Source of the DNA: Paracoccaceae bacterium
Lineage (GTDB): Bacteria; Pseudomonadota; Alphaproteobacteria; Rhodobacterales; Rhodobacteraceae
DNA: 55,818 nucleotides
Direction: 5' to 3'
Assembly (NCBI GenBank): GCA_050289105.1
Contig: JBNKFC010000511.1
Coordinates: forward strand, 1-55,818
The notes under the pieces are model-generated. The model saw nothing but the letters and a program-made list of their open reading frames with translations. It ran no database searches and was not told the origin of the DNA. The position numbers and the translations under genes are program-made. This document shows, in pieces, positions 9,951-19,481 of the stretch (its first letter is position 1; each line of letters opens with the position of its first letter).

Positions 9951-10798
9951 CCCTGATGCAGGTCTTCGACGACACGCAATGCTCTCTGGGCGAAGGTCCG
10001 CTCTGGCACCCGCTCCGGGGCCAGTTCTTCTGGTTCGACATCAACGCCCACCGGCTCTACAGCCGCACCTCAGACCGCCAGCAAGTGTGGCAGTTCAACG
10101 AATACGTCTCGGCCGCGGGCTGGATCGACGAGACCCGGTTGATGATCGCGAGCGAGAGTGCGCTCATCGCGCTCAACCTCGAAACCGATGCGCGCGAGGT
10201 GATCTGCAAGCTTGAGGCCGACAATCCGGTCACGCGCTCGAACGATGGCCGGGCCGACCCTTACGGCGGCTTCTGGATCGGCACGATGGGCAAGAACAAG
10301 GAGAAGGAGGCGGGCGCAATCTACCGATACTACAGGGGTGAGCTGCGCCAACTGTTCGCGCCCTGGTCGATCCCGAACGCGATCTGCTTCGCGCCCGACG
10401 GCGGCCATGCCTATTTCGCCGACACGCCCAAGGGGCGGATCTGGCGGCAGGTGCTCGATTCCAAGGGCTGGCCGAAGGGAGAGCCGGAGCCCTTCCTCGA
10501 CCTTCCCTCCGAAAGCTATCGCCCGGACGGTGCGGTCGTGGATGCGGCCGGAAATCTCTGGTGCGCCCATTACGGCCACGCCAAGGTCACGGTCCACACG
10601 CCAGCCGGCCGGGAAGTGCGAGCGCTTCCCGTGCCCGGCAAACGCTCCACCTGCCCGTCCTTCGGCGGCACCGATCTCAGGACCCTCTTCGTCACCACCG
10701 CCCGTCAGGAAATGGAGACCCCGAGCGAGGACGACGGCCGTACCTATTGCACCGAGGTCGATGCCACGGGGCAGAAAGAACACCGGGTGGTTTTGTGA
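9947..10798 (+). CDS. SMP-30/gluconolactonase-family sugar lactonase
   Basis: LGEGPLW, RSNDG, PNAICF and PDGAVVD motifs. Start at 9947 (GTG) or 9956 (ATG). Confidence 0.9.
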   Translation: MTLMQVFDDTQCSLGEGPLWHPLRGQFFWFDINAHRLYSRTSDRQQVWQFNEYVSAAGWIDETRLMIASESALIALNLETDAREVICKLEADNPVTRSNDGRADPYGGFWIGTMGKNKEKEAGAIYRYYRGELRQLFAPWSIPNAICFAPDGGHAYFADTPKGRIWRQVLDSKGWPKGEPEPFLDLPSESYRPDGAVVDAAGNLWCAHYGHAKVTVHTPAGREVRALPVPGKRSTCPSFGGTDLRTLFVTTARQEMETPSEDDGRTYCTEVDATGQKEHRVVL

Positions 10799-11715
10799 CG
10801 AAAAGCTTTCTTGCGATCGGCGAATGCATGGTGGAGCTGGCGCAGATCGGCGACGACACCTATCGCCGTGGCTTCGCCGGCGACACGTTCAACACCGCCT
10901 GGTACGCCCGCCGCAGCCTGCCCTCTGACTGGAACGTCGGCTACGCCAGCTGCATCGGCACTGATGCCGTGTCTGACGAGATGGCGGGCTTCATGCAAGC
11001 CCAGGGCATCGACACATCGCCCTTGCGCCGCGTGCCCGACCGCACCGTCGGGCTCTACATGATCTCCATCGAGAACGGCGAGCGGAGCTTTTCCTACTGG
11101 CGCAGCCAGTCCGCCGCACGGCTTCTTGCCGAGGATGATGCCTGGCTGTCGCAGACCCTCGCGGGGCGCGACATCCTCTATTTTTCGGGCATCACCCTCG
11201 CCATTCTCCCGCCCGATCACCGTCATGCGCTTTGCGACGCGCTGACCGTGGCGCGCAAGTCCGGCGCGCTCGTTGCCTTCGACACCAACCTCCGGCCCCG
11301 GCTCTGGGGCGGCGAGGCCGCGATGAAGGAGGGCATCACCCTCGGCGCTTCGGTGGCCGACGTGGTCCTGCCCTCTTTCGACGAGGAAACGGGGCTCTTC
11401 GGCGACGCCACGCCCGCGGCGACGGTCGCGCGATACCGGGAGGGCGGCGCAACAACCGTGGCCGTGAAGAACGGCGGCGGCGATCTCACGCTCTGGGACG
11501 CCGCGGCAGGCGAACGCACCATTACCGCGGTTCCCGTCGCGAATGTCGTCGACACGACGGCGGCCGGCGACAGTTTCGGCGCGGCCTTCCTCGCTGGACT
11601 GGCCACGGGTCACTCTGCGGACGATGCCGCCCGCGCCGCGATGGCGCTCGCGGCGAAGGTCATCCAGGCACGCGGCGCACTCGTGCCGGCAATCTTCGAA
11701 GGAGGAGAAAAATGA
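10795..11715 (+). CDS. kdgK: 2-keto-3-deoxygluconate kinase (PfkB)
   Basis: IGECMVEL, GDTFNTAWY, GERSFSYWR, FDTNLRPRLW, DTTAAGDSF. Confidence 0.88.
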   Translation: MTKSFLAIGECMVELAQIGDDTYRRGFAGDTFNTAWYARRSLPSDWNVGYASCIGTDAVSDEMAGFMQAQGIDTSPLRRVPDRTVGLYMISIENGERSFSYWRSQSAARLLAEDDAWLSQTLAGRDILYFSGITLAILPPDHRHALCDALTVARKSGALVAFDTNLRPRLWGGEAAMKEGITLGASVADVVLPSFDEETGLFGDATPAATVARYREGGATTVAVKNGGGDLTLWDAAAGERTITAVPVANVVDTTAAGDSFGAAFLAGLATGHSADDAARAAMALAAKVIQARGALVPAIFEGGEK

Positions 11716-12680
11716 ACATCCTGATCATCGGCGGCGGAGGGGTCGTCGGCCAGAAACTCGGGCGCGCGCTGGCCGCGCGGGGCGAACTGCGCGGCCAGCC
11801 GATCGACAAGATCACGCTCGCAGACGTCGTCGATCCCGCGGGCATCGAAGGCGCCCCGATGCCCGTCAAGACGATGCGCTGCGACATCGCCAACCCGGCG
11901 TCGGTGGCGGAATGCGTCACGGCCGATGCGGAGGTGATCTACCTCCTCGCCGCCATCGTCTCGGCCCACGCCGAGGAGGATTTCGACGCGGGCATGACGA
12001 TCAACCTCATGGGCACGCTGAACGTCCTTCAGCGGGCGCGAGAGCTCGGCACAAAGCCGATCGTGGTCTTTTCCTCATCGATCGCCGTCTACGGCGGCGA
12101 GGTGCCAGACCCGATCCTCGACCACACCTTCCTCAACCCCCAGACCTCCTACGGCGCCCAGAAGGCCATGGGCGAGCTTCTGATCAACGACTTCAGCCGC
12201 AAGGGCTTCATCGACGGGCGTGGCTTCCGCCTGCCGACGATCTCGGTCCGCCCGGGCAAGCCGAACCGGGCTGCGTCGAGCTTCATGTCATCGATCCTGC
12301 GCGAACCGCTGAACGGGCAAGAGGCGATCTGCCCCGTGGACGAGGATTTCCCGCACTACTACCTCTCTCCGCGCAAATGTGTGGAGAACCTCATCAAGGG
12401 CGCGGAGCTTCAGGCCGAGGATCTGGGCATGAACCGTTGCATGATGATGCCGGGGCGGATGTGGACGATCCGCCAGCTGATCGACGCAATGACCGCCGTG
12501 GCGGGGCCGGAACCCGCAAAGCTCATCCGCTGGGAGGCGCAGCCGGAGATTCAGCGTATCGTGAAAGGCTGGCGCTTCGACATGCGCCCGGAAAAGTCGC
12601 TCAAGCTCGGGCTGACCGCGGACGAGAGCTTCGAGGACAACATCCGCTACTACCTCGAAGACGACAAACCGACGGCCTGA
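11712..12680 (+). CDS. denD: D-erythronate dehydrogenase (extended SDR)
   Basis: LAAIVS..AE.DFD.G, SYGAQK, RLPTISVRPGKPNRAASSF.S.ILREPL.GQEA; the otnKCI genes are in the window. Confidence 0.8.
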   Translation: MNILIIGGGGVVGQKLGRALAARGELRGQPIDKITLADVVDPAGIEGAPMPVKTMRCDIANPASVAECVTADAEVIYLLAAIVSAHAEEDFDAGMTINLMGTLNVLQRARELGTKPIVVFSSSIAVYGGEVPDPILDHTFLNPQTSYGAQKAMGELLINDFSRKGFIDGRGFRLPTISVRPGKPNRAASSFMSSILREPLNGQEAICPVDEDFPHYYLSPRKCVENLIKGAELQAEDLGMNRCMMMPGRMWTIRQLIDAMTAVAGPEPAKLIRWEAQPEIQRIVKGWRFDMRPEKSLKLGLTADESFEDNIRYYLEDDKPTA

Positions 12681-12687
12681 ACGACGG

Positions 12688-12707
12688 CGGCGGGCGTCAG
12701 CCCGCCG
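12688..12707. terminator. Hairpin between convergent denD and aldolase genes
   Basis: CGGCGGGC-GTCA-GCCCGCCG stem; no U-tract. Confidence 0.35.
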
Positions 12708-13473
12708 TCCATTTCTTGCAGGTGGCAATCCGTTCCAGCGCAACACGGCGCAGCATCGGCAGGTCGATGTCGATGGCTGTGAACAGGCAGCCTGCCTCGA
12801 CCACCATATCCAGCAGCGTCTGGTCAGATGTCACGAAACCCGCCGGCAGGCCCGCCGAGCGGATCCGCCTGAACGCATCGACAATCGCCTCCAGCACCTC
12901 GGGATGCTTGATGTTGCCCGGGTGCCCAAGACTTGCCGCAAGATCGGCGGGGCCCACGAACATGCCATCCACGCCGGGCACCGCGGCAATTTCCTCGATC
13001 CGGTCCAGCGTCGCGCACGTCTCGACCTGCAGGAACAGGCCGATCTCGTCGCGCGCCCGCACAAGGTAATTCGGCACGGCGCCATAACGGCTCGCCCGTG
13101 AGGAACCGCTCACCCCCCGGATACCGTGCGGCGGGTAGGTCACCGCTGCCACCGCGAGCTTCGCCTGCTCCACCGTTTCGAAAGAAGGGATCAGGATGTT
13201 CTGCGCGCCCACGTCCAAGATGCGCTTGATCTCGGCGACATCGAGATTGGTCGGACGCACCATCGCGGTGATATCGTAACCGTTCAGCGCCTGGAGCGCG
13301 GCCAACACGTCGGCCTCGCTGTTCGGCGTGTGCTCGCAGTCGATCAGCATCCAGTCAAAACCGCAACCGGCAAGCACCTCGACCACGGAGGTATCACGGA
13401 TCGTGTTCCAGATGCCGATCTGCTGACGGCCCTCGGCAAGCGCGTGTTTCAACTTGTTGCGCGGTAGATCCAT
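12697..13473 (-). CDS. HpcH/HpaI class II pyruvate aldolase
   Basis: GFDWMLIDCEH, YPPHGIRG, QVET and FVGPADL motifs. Confidence 0.9.
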   Translation of the reverse strand: MDLPRNKLKHALAEGRQQIGIWNTIRDTSVVEVLAGCGFDWMLIDCEHTPNSEADVLAALQALNGYDITAMVRPTNLDVAEIKRILDVGAQNILIPSFETVEQAKLAVAAVTYPPHGIRGVSGSSRASRYGAVPNYLVRARDEIGLFLQVETCATLDRIEEIAAVPGVDGMFVGPADLAASLGHPGNIKHPEVLEAIVDAFRRIRSAGLPAGFVTSDQTLLDMVVEAGCLFTAIDIDLPMLRRVALERIATCKKWTAG

Positions 13474-13474
13474 G

Positions 13475-14413
13475 TCAGTTCACCGGGGTCACGAGGGGTT
13501 TGCCCGCGAGGAACGCTGAGACGTTGTCGCGCTGAAGCTGGCCCATCGCCGCGCGGGTCTCGACCGTGCCCGAACCCTGGTGCGGCTGGATCACCACGTT
13601 GTCGAGCGCGTAGAACCGCTGGTCGATGTCCGGCTCGTTGAGGAATACATCCAGCCCCGCGCCCGCAATCTTGCCCTGCTCCAGCGCATCCAGAAGCGCC
13701 GCCTCGTCCACCGTCGTCCCGCGCGAGATGTTGACGATGATGCCGCGCGGGCCCAGCGCCTCGATCACCTCGGCTGAGACGAACTTCTCGGTGTCCTTGC
13801 CGCCAACCAGCGCGATGACGAGGTAATCAACCGCCTTAGCCAGCGAAACCGGATCGGCGTGCCAGGTCCAACCCGGAGTGTCCTTCTCGGACCGTGCGAA
13901 GTAATGGATATCCATCTTGAACGCCGCGAGCCGGTCGGCGATCTCGCGCCCGATCCGGCCAAGGCCGACGATCCCGGCCTTGGCGCCGCTGATCTTGCGG
14001 TTCAGCCGGTATTCGCCACGTGTCTTCCACTTGCCCGACCGCGCCCATTTCGAGGCATGCTCCATCTCGCGCCCCTGCATCAGCAGCATCGCGACCGCAA
14101 GATCCGCGACGTCATCGTTCAGAACGTCCGGCGTGTTGGTGACCTTCACCCCGCGTGCGCTGGCCGCCGCAACGTCGATCGCGTCATAGCCCACGCCGTA
14201 GTTGGCAATGACGCCGAGGTTGGGAAGCAAGTCCATCTCGGTCCCGCCGAACGGCGCATGGCCCTTGTAAGCAATGGCAGTCACCACAGCGCGCGTCGCT
14301 TCGTCCAGTCCCGCAAGCGCCGCGGGGCCTGCGATGAAGATCGGCTGAAAGGTCTCGTCCAACGCGGTGCGATCCACGTCACTGTAGGGGCCGATGACGA
14401 GAGTGGTGGTCAT
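13475..14413 (-). CDS. D-2-hydroxyacid dehydrogenase (glyoxylate/hydroxypyruvate/2-ketoaldonate reductase family)
   Basis: GVGYD, NTPDVL, GLGRIG, NISRG, LDVF..EP, PHQGS. ATG 14413 follows a GGAG RBS. Confidence 0.88.
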   Translation of the reverse strand: MTTTLVIGPYSDVDRTALDETFQPIFIAGPAALAGLDEATRAVVTAIAYKGHAPFGGTEMDLLPNLGVIANYGVGYDAIDVAAASARGVKVTNTPDVLNDDVADLAVAMLLMQGREMEHASKWARSGKWKTRGEYRLNRKISGAKAGIVGLGRIGREIADRLAAFKMDIHYFARSEKDTPGWTWHADPVSLAKAVDYLVIALVGGKDTEKFVSAEVIEALGPRGIIVNISRGTTVDEAALLDALEQGKIAGAGLDVFLNEPDIDQRFYALDNVVIQPHQGSGTVETRAAMGQLQRDNVSAFLAGKPLVTPVN

Positions 14414-14439
14414 AAGTTGCTCCGGATGCAGCTGAAAAA

Positions 14440-14450
14440 TAGTATACCAA
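14440..14450. promoter_or_regulatory. Variant GntR operator in the apnO/2-hydroxyacid dehydrogenase gap
   Basis: TAGTATACCAA (TTGGTATACTA on the minus strand), one mismatch to the core. Confidence 0.55.
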
Positions 14451-14474
14451 CGCTGGGGCGGTTCGCCGGGGGTG

Positions 14475-15314
14475 TCAACCGGCGCAGATTTCCTTGACCG
14501 ATTTCCGCACTGCATCAAGGCTGAACACCCGGTCGAGCCAGTCTTGCTGGAAGATCACCGACTTCGCCTTGTCGATCGCCATCAGTGCCCCGTCGGAGAA
14601 CTTTCCTTCCGGGAAGATCCCGAAGGCAATCGCCAGTTCGATCTTCAGGTGGCCAAGGACAAAGTCATGCGCGGCGGCTTCGGGAACCCCCATGGCGACG
14701 GCACGGTCGGTCGCGTCCCTGAGCGCGAGCGACAGCGTTGCGGCAACGGTCTCGGAGAGCGCCGGCTCCAGCACGGCGATGTTTTCCAGCGTGCAGCGGT
14801 GCGACCGGGCGACCGGCGCGTAGATGACCTTGGCGATCTCCTCACAGAGCGCATAGTGCTCCTCCGGCCCCTGGATCAGCGCGCAGACGATCCCTTGCGG
14901 CATCGCGATCCCGCCGAAATAGTCCTTCTGCGCGGCGATATCGGGCGAGGTGTCGAAGATGTTCGGGTGGCACGGGTGCGTGCAGAAATAGGTGACGTCG
15001 GCACGTTCTGGCATCTCGCCCGCATAGGGCGCAGCGGCGTCAAGCACCACGATGGCGGCACCAGGTTTCACCTTGCCGATGAAGCCATGCGCGATCTTCC
15101 CGATCAGCCGGTCAGGCACCGCCATCACCACGACGTCGGCATCGGCCAATGCGTTGTCCGCGGGAACCGCCTTCACGCCCACTTCCCGCTCAAGACGCGC
15201 GCGTCCCTCTTCCGATACCTCGACATGGTCCACGTCGAAGCGCGAAGACTTCAGGTTCTTCGACAGGCGGACGCCCATCTTTCCGCCCGCACCCAGCAAT
15301 GCAACCTTGGTCAT
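14475..15314 (-). CDS. apnO: D-apionate oxidoisomerase
   Basis: GAGGKMG.R, LDAAAPYAG, HPCHP, DYFGG and LEPALSET motifs; adjacent to oiaK and the RLP. Confidence 0.8.
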   Translation of the reverse strand: MTKVALLGAGGKMGVRLSKNLKSSRFDVDHVEVSEEGRARLEREVGVKAVPADNALADADVVVMAVPDRLIGKIAHGFIGKVKPGAAIVVLDAAAPYAGEMPERADVTYFCTHPCHPNIFDTSPDIAAQKDYFGGIAMPQGIVCALIQGPEEHYALCEEIAKVIYAPVARSHRCTLENIAVLEPALSETVAATLSLALRDATDRAVAMGVPEAAAHDFVLGHLKIELAIAFGIFPEGKFSDGALMAIDKAKSVIFQQDWLDRVFSLDAVRKSVKEICAG

Positions 15315-15326
15315 GCTTCTTCCTCT

Positions 15327-16688
15327 CTATCTTGCGGCGCCGCCGCCGCGTTTGATCCAACCGAAATAATCGGCACTTCCCATCTGGCCGCCCTTCAGCG
15401 CCAGTTGCAGGCCGGCAAGGCCCGGGTCATCCGAATGTGCCTCCAAGAGCGCCGCGCCCGGTATCGTGGGCGCCAAAGCGGTGAAGGCGTAAAGGCCGAG
15501 CTGGCGCGAGGCATGACCCGACGTGTCGCCGCCCGAGATGATCGCGCGCTTCAACCCGGTTTCCCGAAGGAGCCGCGACAGGATCCGGCCCAGCGACTCG
15601 CCGATCCGGGCATTGGCGATTGTCTCGTCCATACCGGCCCCGGCCACCGCCGCGCGCATCCCCGCGACGCCGGGGTCGTCGGGGCCACGCGCCGAATGGA
15701 CGAGCGGGTCCTGCCCTTCCGACAGCGCCCGAAGCGCCGCAGCGACGGCCGCCTCTTCCGCCGCGGTTTCCCCACGCACCACGGCGGCCGCGTCGAGTGG
15801 AATGCACGCAAAGCCGTTCCCTTCCGCCCAGTCGATCTGACCGGCCGTGACGGGCGAGACCGAGCCTGAGACGGCCACGATCCGCTCAACCGGCCCCGCC
15901 CCGACGGTGCGGTCCTTCGATGGAAGGGCGCCTTCGGCGCGCCAGTGCGCGACCAGCGCGTATTCGACACCCTGCGAGCCCACCGCGAAGATCTGCCCCG
16001 CGCGCCCGGCCCAGATCAAATCCCCGCAACGGGCCATGTGCGGTGCACAAACCGTGTCGAGGCAGATCACCTCGGCCCCGCGCGCGATCTCGCGATCCAG
16101 ACCAGCCCGCGCGTCGTTCTCCAGATCCTCGATGCTGACCAGGCCGAAGCTGCGGTCGGTCTGGCGGGCCAGATGACGGGCGACATCGGCCTCGTCCATT
16201 GGCGTGACCGGGTGGCGGGCCATCACCGGATGACGGTCGAGCCGGAACACACCGCCCGGCGCGCCCGCGAACAGATGCCCGAAGGCCTGATAGCGCCGCA
16301 GCGGCGGCGCGGCGACCAGACAGGGCACCCAGCCCCCGCCCACGATCGGCGCACCGATGTCGATCGCCTTGCCGATCGAACCCACGTGCGGGGCGCTGTC
16401 GAGCGTCGAACAGACCTTGTAGTGCACGACCGGCGCCCCCGTCGCCTTCATGAACGCGAACGCGGGCGGCAGATGCTCTTCCATCCAACGCGGTCCGTGG
16501 CTGCGCGCGGTGCTCGCGATGCCGATGGCGCGGGCATGCGGGAAGCGCGCCATAAGTTCGGGCGTAGGAATGTCGAGGAACAGCACGGCCGGAACGCCCG
16601 CGAACTCCAGCACTTCCATCGTCGCGGCGGAGCCGGTGAAATCGTCGCCATACCAGCCGACGAGGATGCCCTCGGGCAGCACCGTCAT
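15327..16688 (-). CDS. oiaK: 3-oxo-isoapionate kinase (DUF1537 four-carbon acid sugar kinase family)
   Basis: YGDDFTGS, HYKVCSTLDS, SGSVS, SGGDTS, LKGGQMG; gene context. Confidence 0.8.
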   Translation of the reverse strand: MTVLPEGILVGWYGDDFTGSAATMEVLEFAGVPAVLFLDIPTPELMARFPHARAIGIASTARSHGPRWMEEHLPPAFAFMKATGAPVVHYKVCSTLDSAPHVGSIGKAIDIGAPIVGGGWVPCLVAAPPLRRYQAFGHLFAGAPGGVFRLDRHPVMARHPVTPMDEADVARHLARQTDRSFGLVSIEDLENDARAGLDREIARGAEVICLDTVCAPHMARCGDLIWAGRAGQIFAVGSQGVEYALVAHWRAEGALPSKDRTVGAGPVERIVAVSGSVSPVTAGQIDWAEGNGFACIPLDAAAVVRGETAAEEAAVAAALRALSEGQDPLVHSARGPDDPGVAGMRAAVAGAGMDETIANARIGESLGRILSRLLRETGLKRAIISGGDTSGHASRQLGLYAFTALAPTIPGAALLEAHSDDPGLAGLQLALKGGQMGSADYFGWIKRGGGAAR

Positions 16689-17932
16689 TTCCGGTAAGCC
16701 TCAAGCGCGCGGGCCAGCGCGGGATGCGTCCGGGCATATTTCCCTGCGTCCACGCCGCCGATGGCCGCGTCCCAGGCATCGCGGAGCGATTGGACGCCCG
16801 CCGCCGGCCCGTCGGGATGCGCCATGATCCCGCCGCCCGCCGCATAGATGCAGTCCGCGCTCCCCAGCCGCCGGTAGGTCTCGGGTGGCTGCACCGCCGA
16901 CTGGCCCGAGGAGAACACGGGCATGGCGATGCAGGGCTTGGCCTCGAACATCGGCGTCAGTAGCGATTTCGCCGAGGCGATAACGCTGTCGTCGGGCTCG
17001 CTGAACTTGTTCCGGAGCCCGTTCACATGCATATGGTCGGCCCCGGCCAGACGCCAGAACTTCGACCACGCACGATAGTCCCAGCCGAGCATCGGCGCGC
17101 GCGACAGATACCCCCAGCCGTTCCGGTGCGCATGGATCGGCAACTCGCTGTGACGCGCCAGCCCGATCACTCCCGCCAGACCGACCGAATTGATGCTTAC
17201 CATCACGCAGGTGCCGCCGAGGTCCCGGACCAGATCGTGGCGCCGGCGCATGTCGTCGACCTCGCCCGTCAGATTGAAGGCGAACATCACCTTCTTGCCG
17301 GTCTTGTCGGCATGGGCGTTGATCACCCGCATGACGGCCCGTACGCGCTCATCGAAGGGGCAATTCGGCCCGTCCGCCTGCAACTCGTCATCCTTGACGA
17401 AGTCGATCCCGGCCTCGGCGAGCGTCTTGACCAGATCGGCGGTCTCTTCCGGCCCGAACCCCACAGAGGGCTTCACGATGGTGCCGATCAGCGGCCCCGT
17501 CGCGACGCCCGAGAGCCTGCGCGTGCCCTCGATCCCGAACTTCGGCCCCGGATAGGCCGCGGCGAAGGCCTCGGGAAGCCGTATATCGAGGATGCGCAGG
17601 CCCGAGAATTGCTGAAGCTCGAAGAGGTTGCCCGAAACGGTCGCCATCAGGTTCGGCAGGTCCGGCCCGACATTGCCGAGCGGCCAGGACAGCGTGACCT
17701 TCGCCCGCGTGTATCGCGCCCCCGTCGCGCCGCCGGGCAGCGACGGGTTATCGACAGTCTCGACCACCTCAAGCGCCTCGATCCGCGCGGCCGAGCGCTC
17801 ACGCAATTCCGCCGTTTCTCCCGGCACCGCGACGAAGGTGCCGGAACTCTGCTCTCCGGCCATGACTTCGGCGGCCCTTGCCGGATCGACGGGCGTCTCG
17901 ATCAGGTAGTCGGCCTCGATACGGTCGCTCAT
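16685..17932 (-). CDS. RuBisCO-like protein (form IV), 3-oxo-isoapionate-4-phosphate transcarboxylase/decarboxylase type (OiaT/OiaX)
   Basis: EQSSGT, GTIVKPSVG (second Lys replaced by Ser), DFVKDDE, HAHR, SSG and GGG motifs; between the GntR gene and oiaK-apnO. Confidence 0.85.
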   Translation of the reverse strand: MSDRIEADYLIETPVDPARAAEVMAGEQSSGTFVAVPGETAELRERSAARIEALEVVETVDNPSLPGGATGARYTRAKVTLSWPLGNVGPDLPNLMATVSGNLFELQQFSGLRILDIRLPEAFAAAYPGPKFGIEGTRRLSGVATGPLIGTIVKPSVGFGPEETADLVKTLAEAGIDFVKDDELQADGPNCPFDERVRAVMRVINAHADKTGKKVMFAFNLTGEVDDMRRRHDLVRDLGGTCVMVSINSVGLAGVIGLARHSELPIHAHRNGWGYLSRAPMLGWDYRAWSKFWRLAGADHMHVNGLRNKFSEPDDSVIASAKSLLTPMFEAKPCIAMPVFSSGQSAVQPPETYRRLGSADCIYAAGGGIMAHPDGPAAGVQSLRDAWDAAIGGVDAGKYARTHPALARALEAYRK

Positions 17933-18645
17933 GTCGCGTGCTCCTGGTGATAAAGGGCATTCGCCCGTTCCAGATGGTCGCGCATGGCCAGGGCAGCGGC
18001 ATCGCCATCGCCGTTGGCAATCGCACCGAGGATCGCCTTGTGCTCCTCCAGCGTGAGCGCCTCCAGCCCGCGCTTTCGCACCTGTTCTTCGTGAAAGGCG
18101 CGCATCCAGGTGAAGATCCCGTAGGCCAGCGTCTCGAAGATCGGGTTGCCGGAAATTGCCGCGATGCGCCGGTGGAACCGTCCGTCGATTTCAAGGAAGC
18201 TCTCGCCATCGGCGCGTGCAGCCCGCTGCTCGGCCAGCAGGGCCTTGAGGTCCGCAATGTCCGCTTCCGTGCGCTTCCGCGCGGCAATCCGGGCAAGTTC
18301 CGCCTCAAGCGAGACACGCGCTTCCTTGAGATGTTCCAGCGACGACTGCGAATGCATCAGAAGATGCCGCATCGCCGTGCCAAGCTGCTCCACCAGCGCG
18401 TCGAGCGAGGGCTGGGCCACGCGCGGACGGCCGCCGTGACGGATCTCGATCACCCCCATGTGCTGAAGGCTCTGCATCGCCTCGCGGATCGCGGGCCGCC
18501 CGATCTCGTAACGCGCCATCAACTCGCGTTCGGACGGCAGCGCAGCGCCGGGGCCCAGCCGCTCGTCGCGGATCAGCCGCAGCAGGCGTTCCTGCACCTC
18601 GTCGGAGAGTTTCCGGGGGCGGATCGACTCTGGTAAACTCATCAT
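17929..18645 (-). CDS. GntR/FadR-family regulator (FCD domain)
   Basis: LPSERELM...IGRPAIREA wHTH, D.RFH and EH motifs. Confidence 0.92.
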   Translation of the reverse strand: MMSLPESIRPRKLSDEVQERLLRLIRDERLGPGAALPSERELMARYEIGRPAIREAMQSLQHMGVIEIRHGGRPRVAQPSLDALVEQLGTAMRHLLMHSQSSLEHLKEARVSLEAELARIAARKRTEADIADLKALLAEQRAARADGESFLEIDGRFHRRIAAISGNPIFETLAYGIFTWMRAFHEEQVRKRGLEALTLEEHKAILGAIANGDGDAAALAMRDHLERANALYHQEHAT

Positions 18646-18650
18646 ACCAG
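18630..18650. promoter_or_regulatory. Putative autoregulatory operator overlapping the GntR start codon
   Basis: Inverted repeat CTGGTA-N9-TACCAG spanning the ATG. Confidence 0.45.
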
Positions 18651-18713
18651 TTGACTAGCCGCTTCGCGACGAAAGCGCCAGCGAAATTCGCCCGGCTCGT
18701 CAGATGGCGAGGA

Positions 18714-19481
18714 TCAGCTCTTTTGGGCGGGCTTCAACCAGCCAAGCGTCGCGTCGGTATCGCCGCCGGGCTTGTATTCCGCGCCCAGAGGAACCGTCCA
18801 GCCGAGCCGGCCGATCACGGCGAACAGGTGGGCGTAGTTCACCTCGCCATGGTCCGGCGCGCCGCGATCGGGGACAGAGGCGAACTGGATATGCCCGATC
18901 TGCGGTAAAAGCGCCTCAAGCCGGTGCGTCAGATCCCCCTCCATCAACTGGACATGGTAGCAGTCGAACATCAGCTTCAAGTTCGCCGCCCCGACCGCCT
19001 CGATGATCTCCAGCGCATGGCCGGTGGTGGTCAGGAAATAACCGGGGGCGTCGTAGCGGTTGAGCGGCTCGATCACGATGGTGATGCCGTGGGGGGCCGC
19101 CTTTTCGCAGGCGTAGCGCAGGTTTTGCACGAAGGTCTCGCGGGCGGCACCGCCCGCCGCATAGCCGGCCATGACGTGAATGTTCCCCGCGCCGATCGCC
19201 CGCGCGTAGCTCACCGCCTCGTCGATGGCGGCGCGCGCCTCGCGCTCGCGTCCCGGCACGGCGGACAAGCCGTTTTCCCCTGCCGCCACATCGCCGCGCC
19301 GCGTGTTCAGCCCGAGCATTTTCAACCCGGTCTCCTCCAGTGCGGCGGCGACCTCGGCGGCCGGCACGTCGTAGGGCCAATGGCATTCGACCGCATCGAA
19401 ACCCGCGGCTTTCGCCGCGCGGATCGCATCCGGCAAGGGGCGGTCCGCCCAGAGAAACCCGAGATTGGCCGAGAACTTCAT
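18714..19481 (-). CDS. otnI: 2-oxo-tetronate isomerase (Hyi family)
   Basis: FSANL, GFDAVE, IEPLN, FDCYH and IGHIQ motifs; coupled to otnC. Confidence 0.82.
   Translation of the reverse strand: MKFSANLGFLWADRPLPDAIRAAKAAGFDAVECHWPYDVPAAEVAAALEETGLKMLGLNTRRGDVAAGENGLSAVPGREREARAAIDEAVSYARAIGAGNIHVMAGYAAGGAARETFVQNLRYACEKAAPHGITIVIEPLNRYDAPGYFLTTTGHALEIIEAVGAANLKLMFDCYHVQLMEGDLTHRLEALLPQIGHIQFASVPDRGAPDHGEVNYAHLFAVIGRLGWTVPLGAEYKPGGDTDATLGWLKPAQKS

Noticed and set aside
16685-17932. CO2-fixing RuBisCO / Calvin cycle
   Set aside because: KPS replaces KPK, there is no small subunit or phosphoribulokinase in the window, and the context is apionate catabolism.
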